A stretch of 64,000 nt of DNA, taken from NCBI GenBank assembly GCA_965644315.1, contig CBFFRQ010000079.1, forward strand, positions 186,001-250,000, in the 5' to 3' direction. Under the pieces are notes generated by a model that saw only the letters and a program-made list of their open reading frames with translations, was not told the origin of the DNA and searched no databases. Position 1 is the first letter of the stretch, and each line of letters starts with the position of its first letter. This document shows positions 11,253 through 21,816 of this stretch, piece after piece. The position numbers and the translations under genes were made by a program. This DNA is from Caecitellus pseudoparvulus (Eukaryota; Protista; Bigyra: Bicosoecida).

Positions 11253-11524
11253 TCTTTTTTGTCTTTCTCCTTCCAGGCTCTATTTCACGGCTCTACTCCA
11301 AATGTTTGGTTGGTCACTTGCTGTCACTTTTCGAACGATGGAGTACATGTCTCTTGCAAGCCCTCGCTCTTTCAGCGCAGTGTTCCTCCGCACACAGTGT
11401 TGGCGTGTTGGTCTCTGCCGCGCTCTGCGCCAGCCCTGCACGTGATACTTAGGCACAGCACCTTGGTGCCTGTGACGAAACCTTTTCTCTGTTGCAGCAT
11501 TGACGCCTGTGTACCCTCCTCGCC

Positions 11525-14500
11525 ATGTCTCTAAAAGGAAACGGCATCATCGGTATCCGTAGGGAGGACAAGAACAAGTGGGAGCGAAGGGTACCGCTGA
11601 CACCAGACCATGTGGCAACCCTGGTCAGTGCAAGGCTGCGTAGCCTCCTGCGCGAAGCAGAGGCCACAGAGCATGCTGCCCCCGTGTGATGTTTGCAGGT
11701 CAAGGCTGGCGTGACAGTGCTCGTGCAGCCCAGTGGACGCCGCATCTTCCCTGATGCCGCGTATGCTGCAGCTGGTGCGAAGCTGACGGAGGACTTGAGC
11801 CCGGCTTCCACCATCCTGGCGGTCAAGGAGGTACCCCAGGACTTGCTCATCCCTGACCGCACCTACGTCTTCTTCTCCCATACCATCAAGGCGCAGGTGA
11901 GCGGTTGGGCGCCTCTGTTGCTGGCATGTGCTCTGCTGATGCAGGGTTGCATCAGAGCTGGCACAACTTCCGCAACCCGACCACCCCGACGCTGCAGGAT
12001 TACAACATGGGCTTGCTGGACACGCTCCTGGAGTCACGCATCCGCATGATTGACTATGAGTGCATCACCGAGGGGGGCAAGTTCAAGGGCAAGCGCCTGG
12101 TGGCCTTCGGGCGCTACGCTGGCGTCGCAGGCATGATCGACTTCATCCGTGGCCTGGGCGAGCGATGCCTGGCCACAGGGTACTCTACCCCCTTCCTGAA
12201 CGTCGGCTCTTCGTACATGTACCAAGATGTGGAGACTGCTGCGGCTGCTGTGTCCAAGTGTGGCGCTGCCATCGCAGAGTACGGTCTGCCGGAAGCCATC
12301 ACCCCCTTCATCGTGGCATTCACGGGCCGCGGCAACGTGAGCAAGGGCGCCCAGGAGATCTGTGCTCTGCTCCCCCACAAGGTTGTCACGCCAGAGGAGC
12401 TGCCTGACATCGTCGCCAATGCCACTGGCAAAGACAAGACCCATACCGTGTACATGGTGCAGGTGACCGCCGAGCACATGGCTCGCAAGCGCAAGTCACG
12501 GCCCACCTCCCTGGACCTGTCCACGTACACTGCCAGTGGGGCGGCAGCGGGGCACGCCTCCCTGCCTGCGCCTGCTGAGTTCTTTGACCCTGAGTTCCAG
12601 CGGGAGCACTACCGGGCGCACCCCGGCGAGTACGAGGGGGTCTTCCACGTCGCCATTGCTCCTTACGTCAGCGCCATCGTCAACTGCATGTACTGGGATG
12701 CGCAGTTCCCACGCTTGATGACCTTGGCACAGAGCCGAGCGCTGACTCCCCTGTGGCGCTGCGTCGGCATCTGCGACATCTCCTGCGACCACATGGGCTC
12801 CATCGAGCTGCTGAAGGAGTTCACGTCCATTGATGAGCCCTTCTACGTGTACGACACTGCGACGGACGACATCCACCGTGGCGAGGAGGGCATGAGCAAG
12901 CCCGGCATCCTCTTCCACGCTGTGGACCACCTGCCTTCTGAGCTGCCTGCGGACGCGTCCAAGCACTTCGGTGATGCGCTGGCACCCATGCTGCCTGCGT
13001 TGGCCAACTCAGATGGCTCCAAGCCCTTCTCTGAGCAGGACGACCTCCCCGTACCCCTCAAGGGTGCTGTCATCACCGCCCACGGGGAGCTCACCCCCAC
13101 CTTTGCGTACATTGCCGAGCTGCGGCGAGCCAACGAGCGAGCACGTGCGACACGAGGCTTGAAGCGCAGCCGGCGTGACAGCTTCCTGTCCGTGCGTTTG
13201 ACTGGGCACCTCTTCGACACCGGTGTCATCAACCGTGTCCTGGATGCGGTGGAAGATGCGGGCTGCTCTGCCAACATCGCAGAAGTGGACCTGGGAGAGG
13301 ACCGGGACTCCTCCACCTCCCTCTCCCTGCAAGTGTTCTCCCCTGAACCGCAAGGGCTCGTCGCTGCCCTGGGTGCAGTCGGCACCCTCGTCGCAGGCAC
13401 GGATGGCGTGGAAGTCACCGACGCCGAGGGCGCGCCCTTGGAGGTGCTCGAGGAAGTCGCTGGTGAGGTGGCCGCCTCACCCATGGCCACGCAGCAGAAG
13501 TTCGCGTCCTCTGCGTCTGCCGCACGCTTGCCCCTGTCCTCCACCGTGTCAGGTGGTGGGCCAGTCAAGGTGCTGCTGCTGGGGGCAGGGTTCGTCTCGG
13601 GCCCCCTCGCTGACTACCTGCTCAGGCGCCCCTCCACCTCCATCACAGTCGCGTCCATGTTCAAGCACGAGGCTGACGCCTTCGCTGCGGCCCGGCCCCG
13701 CGTCACACCCATCGTGCTGAATGTCGCTGCGGAGGAAGAGCGCCTGGGGCAGTTGGTGGCACAGCATGACTTGGTGGTGTCCCTCGTCCCAGCTCCCTTC
13801 CACCCCCTCGTGGCCAAGGCTGCTATCGCCGCCAAGAAGCACATGGTCACCGCTTCCTACATCTCGCCGGAGCTGGAGGCGCTGGGTGATGCCGCCAAGG
13901 CGGCAGGCATCTGCATCCTGAACGAGGCCGGCCTGGACCCCGGCATCGACCACATCTCCGCAGTCGCCTTGCTGGACAAGGTGCGCAGCAGTGGCAGCAA
14001 GGTGCTGTCCTTTTCTTCCGTCTGCGGTGGGCTGCCTGCCCCGGAGGCAGCGGGGAACCGCCTGGGCTACAAGTTCTCCTGGTCCCCCCGTGGCGTCTTG
14101 ACCGCGTCCCGCAACGCCGCCGCCTGGCTGTCTGGTGCCCGCCCCGTGGAAGTGGAGGGTCCCCTGCTCATGTCGGCTGCTGCACCATTCCGACTGGCCC
14201 ACAACCCAGCCTTTGCACTGGAGGTGCTGCCCAACCGCAACTCCACGCCGTACGCGGACAAGTACGGCATCGCAGGGGTCCCACACATCTTCCGTGGCAC
14301 CCTACGGTACGCTGGCTTCCCCAAGCTCATGTTTGCCTTCGCCCAGCTGGGCTTCTTGAGCCTGGATGCCTCCGCCGAGCTGCAGACGGGCGAGGGGGAG
14401 AGCTCCCCAGACTTCTCCAAGGGCCCGCCTATGCGTGGTGTGTTGGCCCAGTGTGTGGGGGTGGACCCCGCGGAGGCTGTGTCTGGTGCTGTGGACGATA

Positions 14501-15138
14501 CGGCTCTCACAGCAGCCATCCTGGGCAAAGTCATCCCAGCGTGGGAGGCAGCTGCTGCTGAAACTGCCTCGGCACGCCTTGCCACAGACGTGCGCACCGC
14601 TGCCGCTGCTGCCGCGGGCGAGGATGTCGCTGCCAGCGCGTGGGGCAAGGGCGACAGCCAGCAGCTGGAGGAGGTGCTGCGTGCGCTGGACTTTTACAGC
14701 GCCACCACCCCCGCCCCCCGCACACAGAGCGGGTCTCCCTTGGACACCTTCACTGCCATCCTGTCTAACTCTGCTGACCTGGCGTATGCCGCCGGCGAGC
14801 GGGACGCAGCCCTGATGCAGCACGAAGTGTACGCTGTGCGGCCAGACGGCTGCGTGGAGCGCCATGTCTCCACCCTCATTCAGTATGGTGACATCAAGAG
14901 CAAGATCACTGCCATGTCCAAGACTGTGGGTGTCACTGCTGCCATCGGCGCGCAGCTCATCCTGGATGGACGGGGCGGCGGCAAGACTGCTGGCGTCGCG
15001 GCGCCAGTCACCAAGGACTGGTGGGCTCCCATGCTTGAGGCATTGGAGGAGGAGGGCATCGCCATGGCCGAAACGAGTGAGGTCCTCCCCGCTGAGGTTG
15101 GCGAGGCGGTTAAGGCCTACCTCGCATCATCGGCTTGA
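11525..15138 (+). CDS. AASS: Bifunctional lysine-ketoglutarate reductase/saccharopine dehydrogenase (alpha-aminoadipic semialdehyde synthase)
   Basis: GIRREDKNKWERRVPLTP; FFSHTIKAQ|DYNMGLLD; DYECI..RLVAFGRYAGVAG; DISCD; VDHLPSELP; SDH domain GAGFVS, NEAGLDPGIDH, YKFSWSPRG, FRGTLRY, AMSKTVG. Introns at 11624-11698 and 11897-11997. Confidence 0.96.
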
Positions 15139-15256
15139 GAGGAGGAGGGATTCATGGGGCATTGCACCACCCTCGCCAAACTCCAATACATGCACGCATC
15201 ATTCACGGCCACTTTCGGCTTGTACAAACACGAATTGAACGGCAGTGACAATCAGC

Positions 15257-16656
15257 ATGGGCTCCTCCACCTCGTCCCTGGGTGACGATGCCCAAGCCAA
15301 GCAGCTACGGGAGGTGAGTTGCTGCGGCCGCTCTCACGAAGTTTCTGCCGAGCGGCAGACCCGCCTGCGGCTGCCTGCCGCGACATACTGAAACCTGATC
15401 TCCACCTCTACATGATGTGCAGGTTTGTCGGGCTCATAATCCTGACTATGCTCCTGTGATTGTGTCCTGGAACGACGGTAGCAGGTGCGTTTCGTCCTGT
15501 CACGTTGCGTGGCCACGCCTTGCCAACACGCCAAATTGACACAACTCGGCTGCTGCTCCGTCATCGCAGAGCCGCGGGGTCCTGTATGGGGAGCAACATC
15601 ACCGATGTGTGCTTGAAGGGCAAGGATGGCTCCAACTTCCTCGTTGTGCGCTCGGACAACTTCGACGAGCGCATCGGGCAGGTGCGAGCCTCAGATGTTG
15701 CTGTGGTTGTGGGAAATGTCCCTGAGGGTGCAGGCGAGGCGGCACCAGGCTCCCTGCGGCCCATCACCCTGCAAGAGTACCTGGAACGGGCGGGGGACTT
15801 CGGCAGCTACGCTGGCGTGCCTGCCGGCACGTCCCTCTTCGACGCCGACCGCGATGCCAAGGTGGGCATTCGCTTCCAAGTGGTCTTCCTGCCTGTCGGC
15901 GAGGACGGCGCCATCGAAGTGTACAACCAGGCCTACAACTACCAGACACGCAGTGCAGAAGACCCCAAGAACGTCATCCTGCTGGCCACGACCCAGGGCA
16001 CCTTCCTGCAGCAGGATGGGCCCGGCTCCGTGCCGCAGTACCTGCACAAGAAGGACGAGGCTTCGCCCTCCGGGTACAGCTGCACTTACTTGGAGGCACT
16101 GCGCACTAAACACGGCGTGAGCATGGAACAGAAGGAGACGAAGGAGGAGGCAGCAGCTGCGGCAGCGGCAGGCAAGGCCACCTCAGGCGTGCTGGGCATT
16201 CGCTCCATGGGCAAGGGCTTTAACCGCCTCATGACGGTGCAAGTGCCACTGAAGCAGCTCACACCACAAGGATTCGGCGGTTATTCCAGTGACAGTTGCC
16301 TGGAAGACGAAGAAGATTGTGACTTTGCCGTGCTGTCGGCGTGTGCGCAGGCAGTGCCGACACGCAGCATGTGCAGCGCACCACCCGCAGCTGCCACCGG
16401 CAGCTCAGTCAAAGCAGCACGAGTCAGCCACGGATCGCAGGCAGGGCCCATGCAGATGCCAGCCAGCGGCAACTGGGTGCGGGACCCCGACTGCGCCATC
16501 AACATCACAGTGCAGTTCTACTTTGTGGTGGAGAAGGGCACCAAAGTGAACGAGGACGACATCAAGGCTGCGATTGACCTGTGTGAGACGGCCTTGCAGG
16601 GCTGTGAAGCTGACGGCAAGCTCATGGACGAAGGCATGTGGTGGATGCGGGACTGA
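15257..16656 (+). CDS. Conserved hypothetical protein with probable N-myristoylation motif (MGSSTS)
   Basis: Exons 15257-15313, 15423-15484 and 15570-16656 joined by GT-AG introns give MGSSTSSLGDD..VSWNDGSRAAGSCMGSNITD..VVRSDNFDE..VVVGN..ITLQEYL..FQVVFLPV..YNYQT..LLATTQGT..ITVQFY. Codon usage is strongly coding-like. Confidence 0.8.
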
Positions 16657-16884
16657 GGGTTGCAAGCCGCCGTTTGTCGTGGTGTCCCAGCTGCTCCAAT
16701 CACGAACCTGCGCAACAACCAATTCAGATCTGAGACCGGCCTGTAACGATAAAAGCAGCAAGTCGCAGATGCCTTCCTGGAGAGCCTTGCATCCAGACTT
16801 GTCAGCGCTGTGAGGGGGGTTTAGCCCATGAAGTTTCCCTTCGCCGAGCACCCGCAACTGGAAGCTTGACCACACAGCCAGCCC

Positions 16885-19204
16885 ATGTCCGCTCCAGAAC
16901 GCGGCGCCACGAGCGCAGATGGCCAAACAGAGGAGGCGACCGGGAAGTCCACTGTGCAAGATGTTCCCCGCTCCCTCAATGATGAAGGCAAGCCCCCACG
17001 CCCCTGGAAACCACGTGTCAAGGGCAGCAGGGTGGGGTCAAATTCCGCAACACGTGCCTCCCAAGCCCCGGCATTCGTCCGCACGGAGCAAGCTGCAAAC
17101 CTGCGCGGCTCCATGGGATTTCGACCTGAAACGCTGTGGAAGTACCTATTCAGCGAGCTTTCGTGGGGCACGGTAAGGAGCCAACAAGCACGCAGGAAGG
17201 CGTGCCGGCGTGCCAGCACAAGTGACCCACACACCCCTCCCAGGCTGAGACGGCCAGTGGCGTTCCTTCCGTGTACCCCATCCACAACGTTGTGAAAGTG
17301 CCCCTTTATTTGGAGCGGGTGAGAGAGGCCTGCGTCGAACACCTTGAAGCCGGCGCTGTATACCGGCGTTGCCTTGCCCTTCGCAGTTCCTCCTCATGGG
17401 CGTGGCTGCCTGCGCGAACCTGCTGCTGCACAACTTCACCTTCCTGCCTCTGCGCTTCCTGCACGCATGTTGGGCTCTACTTGCTACGTGCTTTGGGCGG
17501 AGAGGAGGCCGCAAACGCCTGGTTACGGATGCGCTGCTGTACGACCTGATGCGAGGCATCACCATCTTGCTAGCTGTGGGGCTGCTGAGCCTCATCCAAA
17601 TCAGCTATGTCTACCACTACATCAGAGGCGAGGCCTTCATCAAGTTGTACGTGATTTTCAACATCCTGGACATCTTGAACAAGCTCCTGTGTGCTCTGGG
17701 CCAAGACGTCTTGGAAGGCCTGTACGAGGCGACGGTGATCGCGCTGGGCCCGACGCAGGCCAAACAGAGCAACAGCCAGGAAAAGGGCATCTTACCCCCC
17801 TTTCTGTCGCTCGCCATTCACATCGTTGCAGCTGTGGCGTATGTTTGGCTCCACTCGGCCTTGCTCTTCACCCAAATCGTCTGCTTCAACGTTGCCATGA
17901 ACAGCCGCTCTGCTGCGCTGCTTACGCTGCTCATCTCCAACAACTTCATCGAGCTCAAGGCCGCCGTCTTCAAGCGTTTCGGAGCAGAAAACCTTTTTCA
18001 GGTTGCTTGCAGTGGTAGGTTTCTGGTCATCGCCAGCGCCAAGCGCGCTGTGCCTGTCTCAACCGTCGCACCTCCCCATCCGCAGATGCGGTGGAGCGCT
18101 TCCAGCTCCTTGTGTTCTTCGCACTCGTGCTGCTCCAGGAGTACTCTCCTGGGAAGAACATGGAGAACTTGGTGAACATGGCTGGTTTCATCATGGGGGC
18201 TGAGTTCTTCGTTGACAACGTGAAGCATTGCTTCATCGCCAAGTTCAACAGGCTGGACCGCTACATGTACACACACTTTCGGGGCATTCTCGCCCACGAC
18301 ATCGTCTCCACTCGCCTGCACATGAAGGAAACGCTGGATCCCACTCATAGCCAAGGCCGGCGCCTAGGGCTACCCGTCATCCCCATCACCTGCGTCGTGC
18401 GTGCCTGCCAGCCCTGCTGCCTCCCTGCATGCGTACGCCTGCCACGCTCCCCGCCGTCGCGCTCCACAGTGGATACGCCTTGTGCATGAGAAGCTCTTGG
18501 GAATGGAATTTCAGTTCCTTTCAGTGCAGGGTGTCGTGTGGGGCCTTGCATTGTTTCTTTTCCTGCTGCTCCTGAAAGTGCTGGTGTCCATGGGTCTGCT
18601 GCACCTCGCTTTCCACCGTGTGATGAGTGAGCCCCAGTTGGCGCAGCGGCTGGGGCTCGTCGTTCCCTCATCTCCGAGCCCAGATAAATCGGAACTCAGT
18701 GCTTCGTACACGTCAAAGATCTTCAGGGCAGTGTTGACTCCTCACTGCACGCCGCAGCGTCCTGTCACACATGCGCCACCTGTGCCAATTGCACTCCCTC
18801 CAGCTGCTCAAGATACTCGAGCTGAGAAGACGGGCCCGGGTCCATCGAAGCCCCACGTCAGTGCATCTGATGGGGACAGCGATGCTGCGTCTAGCTATGA
18901 TACGCTGGCATCCACTGATGGTGCATCTGCGCCATCGTCCCCAGGATCCGGCGTCCGACGTCGACTCAGGGTTGACAGCTTGAGTATGGAACCGGGCATG
19001 GACAGCACGGTACCCGCCAGGACTCAGGAGGTTGAACCAACACCTGCTACCGTGCCAGGGAGTGCTGCCAGCTGCATTGGTGGCCCTCGAGCGCTGCCAG
19101 CTGTCGCGCCTGAGAAGGAACGGGGAGTGGACCCGGACCAGATGCTAAAAATCATCAACAGTGTCGGCCGCTACACCCTTTCAGCAGCTCGAGTACCACT
19201 ATGA
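16885..19204 (+). CDS. TAPT1: TAPT1/Emp65/POD1 family multi-pass ER membrane protein (DUF747)
   Basis: FTFLPLR, YHYIRGEAFIKLYVIFNILDI, ALGQD, NVAMNS, LLTLLISNNFIELKAAVFKRF, S|DAVERF, VDNVKHCFIAKFN, RRLGLPVIP, C-terminal RYTLSAARV. Several introns; the start codon (16885 or 17113) is uncertain. Confidence 0.9.
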
Positions 19205-21653
19205 AAGCACGAAAAGGCACTGCGGCCCATGACCTTGCCGTCCGAGTCTCGCACAAGCACAGCGACACCCTGAACAGGGTGCGGTGTTTTTAGCCACACG
19301 GTGTGCTGACAAGGAGCACACGTGGGGAGGACTCCCATGACTGCAAGACACAGATGATGATGAGAACAGGCTGGAGGGCTCAGCACTGTCACGCTGCAGT
19401 CACTCCCATCCCCGTACTGCAGTTGAAGGCCCAGAGGCGATGGATGATCTGCAACAGCGCGCACCTTCGCTGAGCGGGCTTTGTCTCCGAGCAGTCGGTG
19501 AGCCCGGAGCAGGAAGCGTGACCATTCGTGCACCGGAGTCTCGCTCCGAACTCCAAAGAGTGCCCTCTCAGCCACAATATGCCGCGCTGATGCTCTCTCT
19601 CCTGGGTCCGCATCTGCCATGGACCGCGCAACACGCAGCGCCAGTTGCACAAGGTCTGACGAGTTGCGGGCAACGAGGTGGGACAGGCCAAACGCATTTA
19701 GCATGGCCATTGTGAAGCGCCCTCGGAGCTCTGGCCCCGGCCAGGAAACAACGGGAGTTCCAGCGAGCAGCGCTTCCAGAGAGGACGTGCAGCCGCCGAA
19801 GGGCCAGGTGTCCAAGATGACATGGACACTTCCAAGCAGCCGCACAAAGTCCTTGTGGCGCCTCTGCGGGACAAAATGCACTCTATCCAGAAGGCCTGCC
19901 GGGAGGCCAGCTGCAGCAGTTGCACGCAGCAGGCGCTTTGAAACTAGGTGACTCCACGCAGGATCCTTGCCGGCCAGCAGGATCAGCTCAGCCCTGCGAT
20001 CACCATTCAGAACGTCAATCATGACGCTATCAAAGTCAGGGTGCAGTTTGTACAACATTTGGGGGACTGCAATCAACACCGGCCGCTGGTGGGTGGGTGA
20101 GTGGGCATGAGCAGCAGCAAGAACCACGGCAGCTGAGCGGGCTCCTTGCAAGATGCCCTCCGCAGTCTCCTCGGACAGCAGGGGGTATGGGGTGTGCAAG
20201 AATTGTGAATGGAAGCCTTGTAGCCGCACAACTTGCTCTGAGTAGTGTAGCTTTGCGGAGCGGGGCTCCAGTGCGTCGAAGCTCACGAAGTAGTCGATGG
20301 AGGCCAGGCCAGAAGTGACGCTGTTCCCGTGGGACGTGATCTGCACGGGTGCAAGCCGCCCCAGTGCGATGAGGTACAAGAGCTGCCCCATGCCAAGCTC
20401 GGGGTACACGATGGCGTCAAATGCCTCCGCCGCGATGGTTTCTTGATGAGCTGCCGCGACTTCTGCTAGAGACATGCCTTCTGCTGGTGGAGAGAGGACC
20501 TGCACGTTGCCCAGTTCAGAAACAAGCCACGAAGCGAGGGAATCCTGCTCATCGCTGAGAACATACACAGATACCTGGAACACCGTTCGAGGCAGCGTGG
20601 TGAGAAGTCTGGCAGACATCTTGGTGACTGAGTGGGTAGTCAGCCCCGACAGCACAAACCCAACTCGCATTTGGAGCGCGCCTCTCGCGGTTTGTCGAGC
20701 AGGGCAGGCTTCAACCTGGACGCGGGAGAGGTGTGGCTGGCCAATCTCGTGCACCCTGCCCACTTCCGACCTCAGGCTCGCTTCGGGCAGTCCATGGTAC
20801 GTGCTGTGGTATAGAGTGTCCACAAAACTGCTTTGGGGAAGGCCTGGTAAGCGCTGCTGGAGACAAGAAAGACCTGCAATCAGCTGTGCGCGTATTTTGG
20901 CTGCTGATTTCTTGATCTGCAGAATCGGCGGCAAGAGCGTGGAAAGCTGTGACATGTACGCGCCTGGGTCCTGGCCGGCGCAAAGTGCGACAGGCACCTC
21001 TGCGCCAGGCAAACCTGCCTGCAGCAACGCCTTGCTCAGGGTTTGACGCAACTTCAGTGCTGCTGCGCTGCAGACTGGTGCGCCATTTTCATTGGCTGCT
21101 TGGAGTGATTCCTTGAGCGCCTTGATGGCAATGTGCGACTGCCCAAGCTGAACGAGCGCCTCTGCCCACTCATGCACGTGAGCTGGGTTTAACTTGGCTG
21201 CCTGCCCCAGAGAGTCTGCTGCTTCCACTACCTGCCCCAAGGAACGTTGGGCGGCAGCCATGTTGCGCCATGCGGCCTCGTGGTAAGGAGCAGCAGCCAC
21301 AGCCTGTGAGGCACGTGCAGAGGCGTCATCGACTGCAGACACGCATGAGCTATCTCTTGGGCCCATACCTGTTGAAAGTGGGGAATGGAAAGAGCTGGTT
21401 CCTTTGACAAGTATAGTGCTGCGCCTCTGCAGTGGTGCCAGCCTGCCTTCAATCCTGCCGACGCACTGGCGCCAGGCGGCGAAACCTCGCGCAGCCAGGC
21501 CACAGCTTCCGAGACATTCCTCTGCAGCATCCTCATGCAGGCATCTTCAGAGAAGCCTACCTCGGAGCTTTTTGTGTGCACCGAAAGACAGGCACATGTG
21601 CTGAGGACCAACAATGCCACGCTGAAGGCAGGAGACCACTTGCAACGCAGCAT
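19171..21653 (-). CDS. TPR-containing GT41 (OGT/SPINDLY/HMW1C-like) glycosyltransferase with predicted signal peptide
   Basis: Exon 1 21653-21369 (MLRCKWSPAFSVALLVLSTCACLS..), phase-0 intron 21368-21304, then a TPR-like region. GT41 motifs: MRVGFV..HSVTK, VYPELGM, RLAPVQITSHGNSVTSGLASIDYFVS, YSEQVVRL, PQMLYKLHPDFD, ILDTWPFGGCTSSLEAL..GTPVV, RGRFT. Confidence 0.88.
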
Positions 21654-21816
21654 CTCCGGTCCAAGTCCTCAAAATCCGCAAGTTTCATGACCGCCCACAA
21701 GACGCGAAGTGACATGGAGCATGCCAAGAAGGGGGTGCGCTGGGGCCTACATCCTGAAGCGCGTGGGTTTTGCCACGACAGCGAAATAGTGCATTGCATG
21801 CTGCGTATGGTGGGGC

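Noticed and set aside
10745-11452. Small ORFs beginning MGEVPGSIPGNPLFF
   Set aside because: These are translations of the tRNA 3' halves.
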